Source: Felis catus (taxonomy: Eukaryota). Taken from it: a DNA stretch of 64,000 nucleotides. A program made the position numbers and the translations under genes. Location of the stretch: contig NC_058384.1 of NCBI RefSeq assembly GCF_018350175.1, forward strand, positions 68,014,001 to 68,078,000, written 5' to 3'. The notes beneath the pieces were generated by a model, which was given only the letters and a program-made list of their open reading frames with translations, ran no database searches and had not been told where the DNA came from. Below, one piece after another: positions 30,101 to 64,000 of this stretch (the stretch's first letter is position 1; each line of letters opens with the position of its first letter).

Positions 30101-33100
30101 GGCACTTGCTTCGACATTCCTGCGCTCTCAGGAGACCCACGGGCTGACATCGACGGTCAATGCACACCTGCCCAGGGGAGGAAGAACAAAGATCAGGTTC
30201 TCACGAAGCTTCCCTGGCCCTGGGAGGCCAGCGCGGCTGAGTGGCGGATGGAGAAACCGAGGCCCATGGGAGGACAGGACTTCGCTCGGGCCAAAGAGAG
30301 GATCTGAACCCCCCCTCAGAGTCTGTGCCTTTTACACGGTGGACAGCGAGGCCCGGGCACTGCTCGCTGTGGTCCAGACACCCTCCCCTCCTGGTCTTGC
30401 CCCCTTGGGACTGCTCACCAGGTCAGGACCACAGGCTGTGCCGGGCAGAGTCAGGAGGGGCTGGGCCACGTCATTGCCCAGGTCCAGGTGGACCCAGCTG
30501 CAGTTCAACTCCGGCTGGGTCCCGTTGGCCTCTAGTATCTCCCAGTGCAGATCCCGGGCTGAGCCCCGCAGCGGCCGGGCCCGACCCCCCTGGCACTGGA
30601 GCTGCCCGCACATGGCGTCTCTGAGGTGAGGGAGGAGGTGCGGGGTCAGGCCGAGGCCCCCACAAACCCAGAGGAGAATCCAGGTTTCGTCACTTACTTA
30701 GGGGCACAGGACACGTAGCTGCCATCAGGGCTGCGTCCACAGCTCCCGAAGGCATCGCCTCTCGTATTGGCGGTAAGGAGGCAGCGCGGTGCAGCGGGCT
30801 GGGCCCCGGGTCCCCAGAGAGCCTGGCACTGCTGGGCATAGGAAGCGCAGCGCCCCTGCACGCACACAGCCTGGCCCCCCGCGCACGGCTCGCCGTCCCC
30901 CAGGCTGACGTCAGGAGGGCACTGGGGGCTGTCTCCCGAGCAGAACTCCGCGAGGTCACAGTCCCCTCTGGCGGGGCGGCACTGCCAGCCGGCTGGGCGC
31001 AGCTAGGGGGGTGGGGAGGGTCAGAAGGGGTGCCGGGCAGGTCCAGCCCGGCCCTGGGGGGTCACAGGGACCCTTCCCGCCGTGGCCCCGGGCGGGTGAT
31101 CTGTGGCGGCCGGTCCAGTCTGTGCCCACCTGGCAATCCTGACAACAGAGCCCACCGGACGCACACTGCGCCCCAGGCCTCAGCTGACAGGTGAAGTCAT
31201 CGCAACAGGGGTCGGTGCATTCCTGGGGGCACGGGGGGGGGGGGGGGGCTACGTCAGGGCGGGCTGGGCCCGAGAGCCTACCTCCTCCCCTCCGCCCAGG
31301 GCAGCCATCAGAAGGACGCAGCGGCAAGTAAAGGCCAGAGCCCAACCACCCGCGTGGTGTCCCTGCAGGCGGGGAGGGGCGGAGAGGAGCAGGCCGGCCC
31401 TTGAGAGCCCACGAAGGGGCTCTGGAGGCTCGGAGCGGGGTAGTGAGCCAGGGCCAGGGCACAGGAGTGAGTGGGGCAGGGCTTCGGGCGAGGGGCTCAC
31501 GTCCGGGAAGCCACAGTCACACTGCTCGCCCGGCTCCACCAACATATTTCCGCAGACCGCGGCCATAGAGGGCAGGCCGGGCTGCCGTTCGAAGAGGCAG
31601 CTGCCCATCCCCTCCAGGAGAGCCTCCTCCAGGGCCCGCCGGCTGCAGTTGCTGAAGTTGAGGCCTGGCAGGAAGCTGGGGACGGTGGGGGAGAGGTTGG
31701 GACTGCAGCCACCCCCTGCCCCTGCCCCTGCCCCTGCCCCTGCCCCTGCCCCTGCCCGCTGTGCGTCCTGCAGCCACTCACTCTGTGGAGGCCTCCATGA
31801 TGCAGCTCTTGGCCGGGGCCGGGCCCGGGCAGGGGCAGCTGTTCCCTGGCAAGTCGTGGTCCAGGCCCAGGCTGTGGCCCAGCTCGTGAGCTATGGAGGA
31901 CGCAACCCCCAGGACGCTGGTGGAGTGGTCCTGGCATTGGGGAGGGGACACCCCAGGTCCAGCACCAGCCTGACTCTCTTGTTCTCTCCTCATCTGACCT
32001 CTTGGGCGCTCAGCCTCCCTCCTTCACTGCTTCTGGAGTAGGAGGAGAGCCCGGGCCTGGGTGGTGGGAAGGCTTAGACTCGCTCAGCTCTGTTCCTGTC
32101 CCTTACGTGTGGCCCTGGGCACTCGCCTGTGTCCTGTGGGCCTCAGCCACCCCCTCCTCCCCCGCGAGGTGCCCTCACAGGTGAAGCCCCCACGTAACGG
32201 TGCCGTGACAGCAGGGGCCACGTCCTCCCCGCCGTCCTCCCCCCCCCCCCCCCGCCCCGGTCCCCACATCCGCGGCTTTGGGGTAGGTAACTCGGTGGGG
32301 TTGGGGCGGGGCACGTGGAGGAAGCGGCACGCGAGGGCCCCGGCATCGCTCACCATGTTCACACCCCCCGAGAAGTCAGGAGAGCAGATGGAATTCTGAA
32401 TGGCCATGCCCACCGCGGGCCCGGAGAACGAGGTGGCACTGTGGGATCGCAGGGCCACAGGTCAGCCCAGAGCTTCAGGGCCGCAGGCGGGGAGCCGGGG
32501 CGCAGCCTGGGGTCTTACGTCACGAGCTGGGCGCTGTCGTGGGGCAGTCGAGGCAGTAAGTCTTCCCGCCGCCAGCGCAGGAAGTTGTGCAGCGTGAGGC
32601 CGGGGTCCCGGCTGATCTCCACCAGGTCACGCTGGCTCCAGGCCTCCAGGCCCACCAGCGCCACCCGGACGTTCAGGGGCCGGAAGAACTGAAAGAGAAC
32701 GGGGGCTCAGGAGAGGGGTCCCCGCGGCCACAGGGCCGTCCGGCTGCTGCTGGGCCCGGCACTCACGGTGTCCAGGAGAAAGGCCACCTTCAGCATGCGG
32801 GTCAGCAGGTACTGCAAGTCCGGGTACCTCTGGGCCTGCGGCTCAAGGAAAACGACCGTGAAAAAGAGCAGACGTGGCGCGGGGATGGGGGGGGGGGGCA
32901 GGACACGCGGCGCCTGCAAGCTCACCTCAGAATGGTCGGCTACGAGCACCAGCTCAATAACCTTGGTCTCTGCCACCACGTCCCGCCTCCGCTGAGGACA
33001 AGAAGGGGTGTCAGGCACACTCCTCGGCCGGGGCCACACGGGGCTGCCCGAGCTGTGTCCGCTCCCACCCTGTGTGCTCCAGCGGAGGAGAGCGGAGAGC

Positions 33101-36100
33101 CCGTTTCACAGAGGAACCCCTGAGAGCCTGAGAGGCCAGGGACTTGCCCAAGGTGGACCGAGAAGTAGGTCATGAAGCCGGGAGTAGAGCCTTGCTTCTC
33201 TGGCTCCAAACTCAGTACTTTTCCGGAACTAAAAAAAAATAACACTAGGGGCGCCCGGCTGGCCCAGTCGGATGAGCACGCGACTCTTGATCTCGGGGGT
33301 CGTGAGTCTGAGCCCCACACGGGGTACAGAGATTACTAAAAACCACCAAAACAAGAAATAGGGGGCACCTGCGTGGCTCAGTCGGTTAAGCGTCCGACTT
33401 CGGCTCAGGTCATGATCTCACGGTTCGTGGGTTCAAGCCCCGCGTCGGGCTCTGTGCTGACAGCTCAGAGCCTGGAGTCTGCTTCGGGTTCTGCGTCTCC
33501 CTCTCTCTCTCTGCTCCTCCCCCCACTCAAGGTCTGTCTCTCTCTCAAAAATAAACGTTAAAAAAACCACAATAAATAAACTTTTAGAAGTAAATAATAA
33601 AATCATAGCCAACACCGTCGTGTATTTACCTACCTCAGGCACAGTTTAAGCACCATATAGATACTTGATAGATAGACGGATATAGACTCGTTTAAGGTCC
33701 ACAGTAACCCTAGAGAGTAAGTAGCTTATTCTCCCCAATTTATAAATGAGGGAGCTGGACTCATACCGCTTTATGCCTGGTGACTGTGTGGTCTGTAGCC
33801 AAGCACTGTCCGCACACGGGATCATGAGGCCCGTGAAGAGTCTGAGTCAGGTCCCCGCGTCTAAACCCCGCATGTGTCATTTAGCGGTTGAACAGCTTTG
33901 GGCAAAAGCCACTGCCTCTCTCTCTCTGAGCTGCTTTTCTAACAAAGACGGAGCTATTGCCCGAACCTCCCAGGGTTTCGGGAGGAGGAGAGCAGATTAT
34001 GTTCACACGGGGCCCGACCCAGGGCAACAGCTCCCTAGAAGGTACTGGAAACAAAGATCTCTGAGGGTCCGGGGCCTGGCCCTCAGGGACAACAGAAGCC
34101 TGGCCTCTTGCTGTCATCCTCACCCGACGACTGCGCATGTGGCTGTGGCGCCGTCCCCGGGGCCGCTCCCGGGGAGCCCGCGTGGCCACAGACGCGTGCC
34201 AGTTCAACCCACAGGTGCGGCCTGGCAGGAGGAGGTCTCGGGTCCGGGAGACGATGGGGGCGGCTCGCAGGTCCCCGGGCCCCAGCTCCAAGGTGTAGCT
34301 TCTCTCGGGGGACAGGACCACCAGACCCCTGGGAGGACGCAGAAGTCAGAAGACGGCTCAGCTCCACACCTCACACCGCCTCGCTCTCTCCACCCCGGTG
34401 GGATGCGCCCTCTGTACCTGAGCCCTGAGCAGGTGCACACCGACGCCCAGGAGCCCACGTGGCCCCGTACCGCTCCCTGGTAGCAGCAGCTCTCCTACAG
34501 CAGAGAAAGGTCAGGGCTACCCCAAAGGCCAGGGTTGGAGCCCAGGAGGCTAGCTAGCCTGTCGGTGGAGGCTGGTGAAGGTGCACCCCGCATCCCGTAG
34601 GGATGACACCCTCCATCTGGCCCCCGGCGCCGCCCTCGGGCCGGAGACAGGACACTAGACTCACCAGAGTGTGTCCCTCGCTGACCACACGGGTGCCGTC
34701 GGGCCGGTACCACATCAGGTGTGGGCGGCCTGGGACCAGCTCCCTGTGGAGTAAAGAAAAACGGGGGCAATGACAGTTGCCTCCCAGGGCGGTACGGCGA
34801 CAGCCTGAGGTCCAGAGGTGGTAAGGGGTGGCTGGGGGCCAGGGTTCCCCCCGAAGCCGCAGAGCAGAGCGGTCGGGCCACAAACTCTGCCAGGCTATCT
34901 GGGTCCTCATCTGGGTTTTACCGCACACTAGCTGTGTGACCTTGGGCAGGTTATGTAACCTCTCTGTGCCTTGACTTCTGCATATGTAAAATGAAAACAG
35001 CAGCATCATAGCATTTTCCTTACAGGTTGTTAGAAGGATTAAGAGAGTTCGAGCACTTAGTGTCACGTGCGGTTGTTACCTGTGCTGTTAGTGTCGTTAC
35101 CGCCGTCATTGTTACCTGCTCTGCAGCAGCTCCAGGGTTTGACTCTCACCGTCCAATTCCAATCTGACCCGCAGAGCCTCAGGCAGATTGGTCTGCGGGC
35201 ACCAGGGGGTAGGTCACCTCCCTGGCCCCGCCTGAAACTCCCATCAGTCTCTAACCAGAAAACCTCAGACCCTTAGGAGAGTACCAACGATGAGGTCACT
35301 GGGCGGGGGGGGGTCCCGAGGGAGGGGCCAGGAAGCCCTGCCCGGCCTGGGGCATTGTTCTGGGGGGCCGTGTGCGAGGTCAAGGAAGGTATCTGAGCCG
35401 CCCCTTCTCGGCTTCCTGCCCAGAGAGGAAGCATCATGGAAGAGCCCGGCGCACGCCCCAGCCCTTCCTCTGACTCAGCGTTGGAATTGGGGAGGGGGGT
35501 GCCTGGTGAGGCCCTGACCTTCCCCCACTGAGAAAACCCTGCAGAATGAGACCCCGAAGGCAAGTCTGGCCTCAGGGTCTCCCCAGGAGATGGACGGGGC
35601 GGGTGGGGCTGAGGCCGGCAGATGCGTGTTGGGGGAGAGGGGATAAGGGAAGCCAGGTGCTGGGGTGTGGCCGGAGGGGCAGCCAGACCTGGGGTGGCCG
35701 TGCCACATGAGGTCCACTCACCTGCTCCTCAGAGAGGGCTGGTTATGGGGGCGGCAGGCACTGTGTTCTGTGCTTGAAGGGACAGGGGGGCTCACCTGGA
35801 GCATCTCCGCTAGGCTGAGTGTGGGGCTGTCTTGAAAGATCTGGGGCTCCGAGTGTCCACCCAGGGCCCTCTCTGGCCTTGTCTGCTCCTCCACAGGGCC
35901 ACCTGCAGGGTCCCCAGGACACCCCAAGAGAGTGCTGAGCGAGCCAGCCCCTGGCGCTGGGCACAGCCGGTGCCTGTGGCCACTCAGGGCCCTTCTCGGC
36001 TGGAAGGACTCCTGCACTGCATTCTGGGACTTAAAGGAGCAAGCCCCAGGAGAGGGGCTTCTCTCCACCCCTCACTTTCACCCCTACCCCACCTGCACGT

Positions 36101-36399
36101 CCCCAGGGAAAGTTCAGCTTGCCCCGCCTGGGGCCCCCTCCCTGTCCCCCCAGGCTCTCACAGGGAGCCCCCTTCCCACTCCCTCCCAATCACCCCCCCC
36201 CCCAGGAACGCCCCCTCTCAGGCCTGGGCGAAGCCTTGTGGCCCGGTGCCCACTCACCCTCCCCTTTCCTCACATCGGAGCTGCGGGAACGCCCATCTCT
36301 GGGTGCGCAGTGCAAACACCCCTCCCTAAACATCCCTCAGACCCAGCCAGGCACACCCGCTCGCCACAGCTCAGCTCCTCCCTGCTCCCAACATCCCCC

Positions 36400-36439
<40 letters not shown>

Positions 36440-37142
36440 TCCCCACAACGGCCCTGTCTCCTCCGCACAGCCCACCCCCGCCTGCCATCCCAGCCCCTGG
36501 CCAGAGACGCAGCGGGAAGTGAAAGTTCCTAGGAGGAGTTGGTGTCAGCCTCTTTCCAGGCCGACTCTCCGCCCGCCCCACCCCCCCCCCCCCGCTCCTC
36601 CCGCGTCCCCACCCGCCAGCTCCGCCAGGTTTTTGGTGGCATCAACACGGGGTGAGGGGCGCCGTGACCGCCCGGGCCCTGGATAAGGAAGACTCCTCTT
36701 CGCCAAACCCTCCGGGCCGTGCCCACTCGGCGCCCTGGCACCAGGCAGGATGGTCGGCTAGGCCCCAGAGGGGCGAAGACGTCAGTCCTGGGGAGCAGCG
36801 ACCGTCTCCCACCATCCTGAGGGGGCGCTGGGCCGGGCCCTTTGGTGCCCGGCACCGGAGCCTGGAAGTGTCCGCGGGGACCGCGCACAGGATGACCGCG
36901 CAGGGGGACCGGCATCCCCCTCCATCGCCCAGGACATCGGAGCAGGGCGGGCCGCGCTCTGGCCAGGGGTCTCCCCGGGTCTCCGGCCGACCCCCAGTGC
37001 CTCCCGACTTCCCCGTGCCTTCTCCCAGTCTGTCCCCCGGCCCACCGCGGGCCGGGCACTCACCTCGATCCGGGAGCGTCCGGGAGGACAGGGGGCTGCC
37101 TGCGCCCAGGAGCCCCAGGGCCCAGAGCAGCGCCAGCCGCAT
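27163..37142 (-). CDS. ADAM15: ADAM15 (metargidin) disintegrin-metalloproteinase, 868 aa longest isoform, 23 exons
   Basis: Exons: 37142-37064, 35902-35796, 35192-35116, 34743-34665, 34494-34418, 34328-34124, 32991-32926, 32835-32767, 32688-32519, 32438-32354, 31930-31782, 31675-31501, 31222-31130, 31002-30698, 30620-30419, 30167-30090, 29671-29599, 29436-29298, 28916-28847, 28237-28163, 27750-27679, 27417-27299, 27205-27163. Total 2607 nt, in frame. Features: signal peptide [12 protein letters not shown]; furin site RRRD; zinc motif [11 protein letters not shown] (31888-31856) plus Met-turn CIM; RGD (30969-30961); EGF-like domain; TM segment; Pro-rich SH3 ligands; ends SSLYL-TGA. Confidence 0.97.
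31715..31757. repeat. (CCCCTG)n hexamer repeat in ADAM15 intron 11
   Basis: About 7 copies of tgcccc; GGGGCA repeat on the transcribed strand. Confidence 0.85.
33247..33580 (+). mobile_element. Tandem Can-SINEs in ADAM15 intron 6 (short older copy 33247-33350; full copy 33361-33580)
   Basis: ggggcacctgcgtggctcagtcggttaagcgtccgacttcggctcaggtcatgatctc...aaaaataaacgttaaaaaa. Confidence 0.9.
34900..35070. mobile_element. MIR (similar MIR fragments near 16620-16800, 24930-25110, 29820-29990, 33600-33880, 43840-44020)
   Basis: ctagctgtgtgaccttgggcaggttatgtaacctctctgtgcct...tgtaaaatg matches the MIR core. Confidence 0.7.
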
Positions 37143-37560
37143 GGCAGCGGCGCCCGGGGCCGGGCGAGGGCAGCAGGTGCTGGGCCGCGCGCCGAGGAAC
37201 CGCGGCCACCGGGTCTGCCTGGCGCACCCCGCCGCGCCGCGCCGCCACCAGGCCCCGCCCCGTCCCGCCCCCGCCCCGGGGGCGCAGGGCCAGGCCCCGC
37301 CCCCGGGGGAAGCCGCAGCTCCGCCCCTGGAGGGCCCCGCCCCCGCCCGCGACTCCCGCGGGGCCCGCGCGGCTCGGCCCCGCCGCGTTCCCGCTGCTGC
37401 GCGGGGTGGGAGCCGAACGAGGCCCGGTCCGACCGGCTTGGGCGGCGCGCCTCCACCCGGTCCGGGGCCCGACCCCTTCCCAGCAGCTTGGCTGCCCTCC
37501 CGCGTCCCGTCGGCGGCCCGGTTCTGCGGGGATCCGGTGGGCGGCTCAGACCCCTGGGAA
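37143..37560 (-). promoter_or_regulatory. ADAM15 TATA-less GC-box promoter in a CpG island shared with the DCST1 last exon
   Basis: Multiple GC boxes (ccccgccc, ~37253-37348). CpG density is continuous from ~36600 to ~37900. Confidence 0.7.
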
Positions 37561-37586
37561 GCGCAGGCGTCGGGAGTGTAGGGGCT

Positions 37587-37592
37587 TTTATT
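37587..37592 (-). terminator. DCST1 polyadenylation signal AATAAA
   Basis: tttatt on plus, ~50 bp after the DCST1 stop and only ~445 bp upstream of the ADAM15 ATG. Confidence 0.75.
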
Positions 37593-37640
37593 AACCGCGG
37601 AGGAGCGGGTTGGGGAGGGGGGACAGCGACAGGCGCCCCG

Positions 37641-61045
<23,405 letters not shown>

Positions 61046-61208
61046 AGGACTCAGAGGACAGAGGACACAGATGCAGGGGCCCCACCTGAGAGGATTCCCA
61101 CACCCCCTCAGCCCGAGGGCACCCAGAGCGGCCCATCTCCGGCTTCAGAACCCCAGCCCCTCCGTCTCTCACCTCCCTCCCCTCCTGATGCCTCCTAGCT
61201 AACTCCCA

Positions 61209-61214
61209 AATAAA
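61209..61214 (+). terminator. DCST2 polyadenylation signal AATAAA
   Basis: aataaa on plus, overlapping an in-frame AAA-TAA. Confidence 0.7.
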
Positions 61215-62971
61215 GGACCCGAAGGCAGACACGAGTGTGAATCTTAAATTATTATTATTTCTTCCTGTCGCTTACACCCAAGGTGGGGGCAGGGGAAGAG
61301 GAGGGGAAGAGGAGAGGGGGGACTCGCCTCCCCCCCTAAGGCACTGAGTGGAGAAGCCGCAAGGGGGGAGGGGGGAGGTCACATTGTCCTCACTCTCTGG
61401 GGCTAGGCCCCAGGTCTCCCCAGCCCTGGGCTCCCCCATCACCTGAAATGCTAAGATGAGGCCCAGGGCCACCTGACCTCCCCCAACCCCAATATATTAC
61501 ATCATCACTTTTTAAATAGATACAGGGACTGGTCCCGCTACCCCCTCCCTGTGACACCCCCTCACTATTGGGGGTACCTGGGCAGCTGTGCAAATGGGCA
61601 TGAGGGTGCATGGGAGGAAGGGAGAGCACCGGGCCCCTTAACCTGCCCCTTTTAAGGAGGGGGAGGGGCCGCCAGGCCAGGGAGGGGAAATAGTGCAAGG
61701 CAGAGCCCAGGCCGCAAGGGGGGGGGGAGGGGGGCAGCACCCAGCGAGGACGGGAGGGGGGGCAGTTGCCCCCACCCCCAGCAGAATTGGGTAGTTAAAA
61801 ATCTGAAACTAGATTTCAACAAGACCAACAGAAGAGGCTATGTACAGAACCGGGGTGGATTCAATCCTAAGGGAAGAGCGAGGGGGCTGCCCTCCGAGAC
61901 CCCCGCAGGGCGGCCGGACCGGCAGGGGTCTGGGAGCGGAACCCCTTCGGCGCTCTCTCGGCGGCGGCGCGCCCGCGGGTGCCCGGAGCGGCCGCCAGGG
62001 GGCGCCCGCCCGCGCGCTCCGCAGGCCCGCAGCCCCTCACCCCGTCCCCGAGCCCGCGCCGCGCCAGCCCGGGGGCGGCGTGAGTCAGGGGCGGCCCGGC
62101 GGCGGCTCCGGCTCGCACCTGGGCGGGAGGAGGAGAGGAGGGCAGGAGCCACCCGGCCCGCCCTGCCCTCTGGCCCCGGGGAGGGAGCGGCGGGAACAAG
62201 ACATTCCCTGCCCGGGGACGCGGGAGGGGAGGGCAGGGCCGGGGCGGAGAGCCGAGCGGAGCGGGCCCCTCCCGCTGCCCCCAGGGGCGGGCGAGCCACT
62301 CAGGCCACCCCGCCCCCTTCTCCTCCAGGACCCCGTGACTCAGCGCTCGGAGCCTGGCGGGGGGCGAGGGGGGGTGGGGCGCGAGGATGGCTCCTTCCTG
62401 CGGGGCCCAGTCCCCCAGGCTTTCCAGCTTCTACCTCGCTTTCCCCCACCTACCCTTCCTTCGCCGCCCCCCTTTGCATAATTCACTGCCAGGAAAAGGG
62501 AACAGAAACCAGGAAGGAGGGGTCTCGGAAGGGAAGGGAGGGGCGGTCCTTCACCCCCTGACGCAGCCAAAACCCCTAGGGGCATGGGGGCGGGGCAAGA
62601 CTTTGGTCCCAAGCCCCCCAGCCCCTGGAAACCCGCATAGCCGAAGAGGGACCCCACAAATCAGAAATACATTATTGCTTCTACTCCCCAGGAGCAGCTG
62701 GGGATAGGGACCCCACCTTTACAATAGAGCTGTAAATACACTATCCTGCGTCACTCCTTGGGAGATCACCCCAGTCTGGGGAGCCTCTACCCCAAAACCT
62801 TCTCAGCTTGGAACTGGAATGAGGGTTCTGGGGGGCGCGGGGGAAGGGGCAGATCTCTGAAGCCGGGGAGGCCCAGAGCCCCGACCCCGGCTCTGTCCGT
62901 CCCGCCCACTCCCACTGCTTGGCAGCGGCGGCCCGGCCTCGCGCGGCGCCAGCCCGGCCGCTCGGCCCTCT

Positions 62972-64000
62972 CTAAGAGGACTCCATGGCACCTTCGGCCT
63001 GCGGCGTACTGGGTGCCCCCTCCTCCTCCTCGTCATCAGGGGGCCCCAGGGCGGCGACCGGAGGGCCGGTAGGGGCTGACTGCTCCCAGAATCGGGCCAG
63101 AGAGAGGCGGAAGGTGTCCAAGTGGCCGTTGGAGAGGTCGAGGCCCGCGGGGGACGGGGCGGCGGCGGAGGGCGGTGGGTAGTGGGGTGGCGCGTCGTCC
63201 TTCCGGCGCCGCCGGGTGCGCACCTCCAGGCAGTTCTGGCCCTTGAGGTGGCGCTGCAGGTGGTCCTCCTTGGCGAAGGCCTTGTGGCACAGGTGGCACT
63301 CGTAGGGCCGGTCCCCCGTGTGCAGGTGCATGTGGTTCTTGAGGTCGTAGCTGTGCAGGAAGCGGGCTGGGCAGTGCGGGCACGAGTAGGGCCGCTCTCC
63401 GGTGTGCTTCCGCATGTGAATCTTCAGCTTGTCGTTCCTGGCCGGGGGGGCGCAAGGGAGCGGGTTCAGGACAGGACCCTGGCCGGCTCCTCCGGGCCAG
63501 GTCCCTGGGGTCTCGTCCCTCTGGTCCCTCTGCCGCGGGCTGCCTCTTACCGCCCGGGACGCCCTTGCTGACTGCTCCCAGCTTAGGCCGGCGCGGCCTC
63601 CCCGCCTCCCACACCGAACCTCTCCTGCCCCAGACGCACGTGCCTTGACCTTCCTTCTCCCGGCCTCCCGGTTTTGTGCGGGTCCCTCCGGTCACAGCCA
63701 CACCTCCAGCCCTTCCAGGACCACCTGCTCCCCACCCGGGGTCTCCTGACTCCCCTCTCCGCACCCCGCCCCACGGGTGCTCACCGGGTGAAGCGGACGC
63801 CGCAGACCTCGCAGGCGAAGGGCTTCTCGCCCGTGTGGGTCCTCATGTGGCGGGGCAGCTTGCCCGCCCCGTGGATGATCTTGTGACAGACGGGGCACTC
63901 CTGGGGCATCTGGGAGCGGCGTTTGCGCACCAGCTTGTCCTGGCCGTCCAGGCCCGGCGCGAGGGCGTCCTGGTGCAGCGAACTCAGGTAGGCCATCAGG
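62972..64000 (-). CDS. ZBTB7B: ZBTB7B / ThPOK BTB-zinc finger transcription factor, 3' part (gene continues beyond the window)
   Basis: Exon >64000-63785 (...[52 protein letters not shown]) and last exon 63437-62972 ([22 protein letters not shown]...AEGAMESS). Four C2H2 fingers, a GT-AG intron and the expected synteny. Confidence 0.97.

Overview
This is GC-rich mammalian genomic DNA from a feliform carnivore, probably a felid, judged from the SINEC_Fc-type Can-SINEs and a carnivore-type L1 3' end. The window is syntenic to the human 1q21.3-q22 block. I reconstructed spliced CDSs by hand from GT/AG junctions and frame arithmetic for six genes. On the minus strand: EFNA3 (5 exons, start codon lost in an N gap), EFNA4 (4 exons, 203 aa), ADAM15 (23 exons, 868 aa, RGD and HExGHxxGxxH intact), DCST1 (16 coding exons, 705 aa) and the 3' part of ZBTB7B. 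On the plus strand: DCST2 (15 exons, 703 aa), head-to-head with DCST1. The gene content is known, and I see no new gene or multi-gene system. The long GC-rich ORFs in the track are not credible genes. The unusual signals are non-coding or lineage-specific: (1) a ~1.35 kb GC-box/G4 minisatellite in EFNA3 intron 2 that appears amplified from the exon-2 splice donor; (2) five CACGTG E-boxes in 131 bp of EFNA3 intron 1; (3) an 11-bp triplication creating three identical splice donors in DCST1, only one in frame; (4) an early stop in DCST2 that leaves a fossil coding tail in the 3'UTR; (5) a DCST2 intronic 30-bp repeat that could be exonised in frame; (6) a set of strong, orientation-patterned CTCF motifs; (7) an L1 insertion whose target-site duplication copies a YY1 motif. 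Four assembly gaps (2421-2558, 10524-10751, 11886-12117, 48974-49145) limit what can be seen. All comparisons to human or mouse proteins are from memory and need an alignment to confirm.
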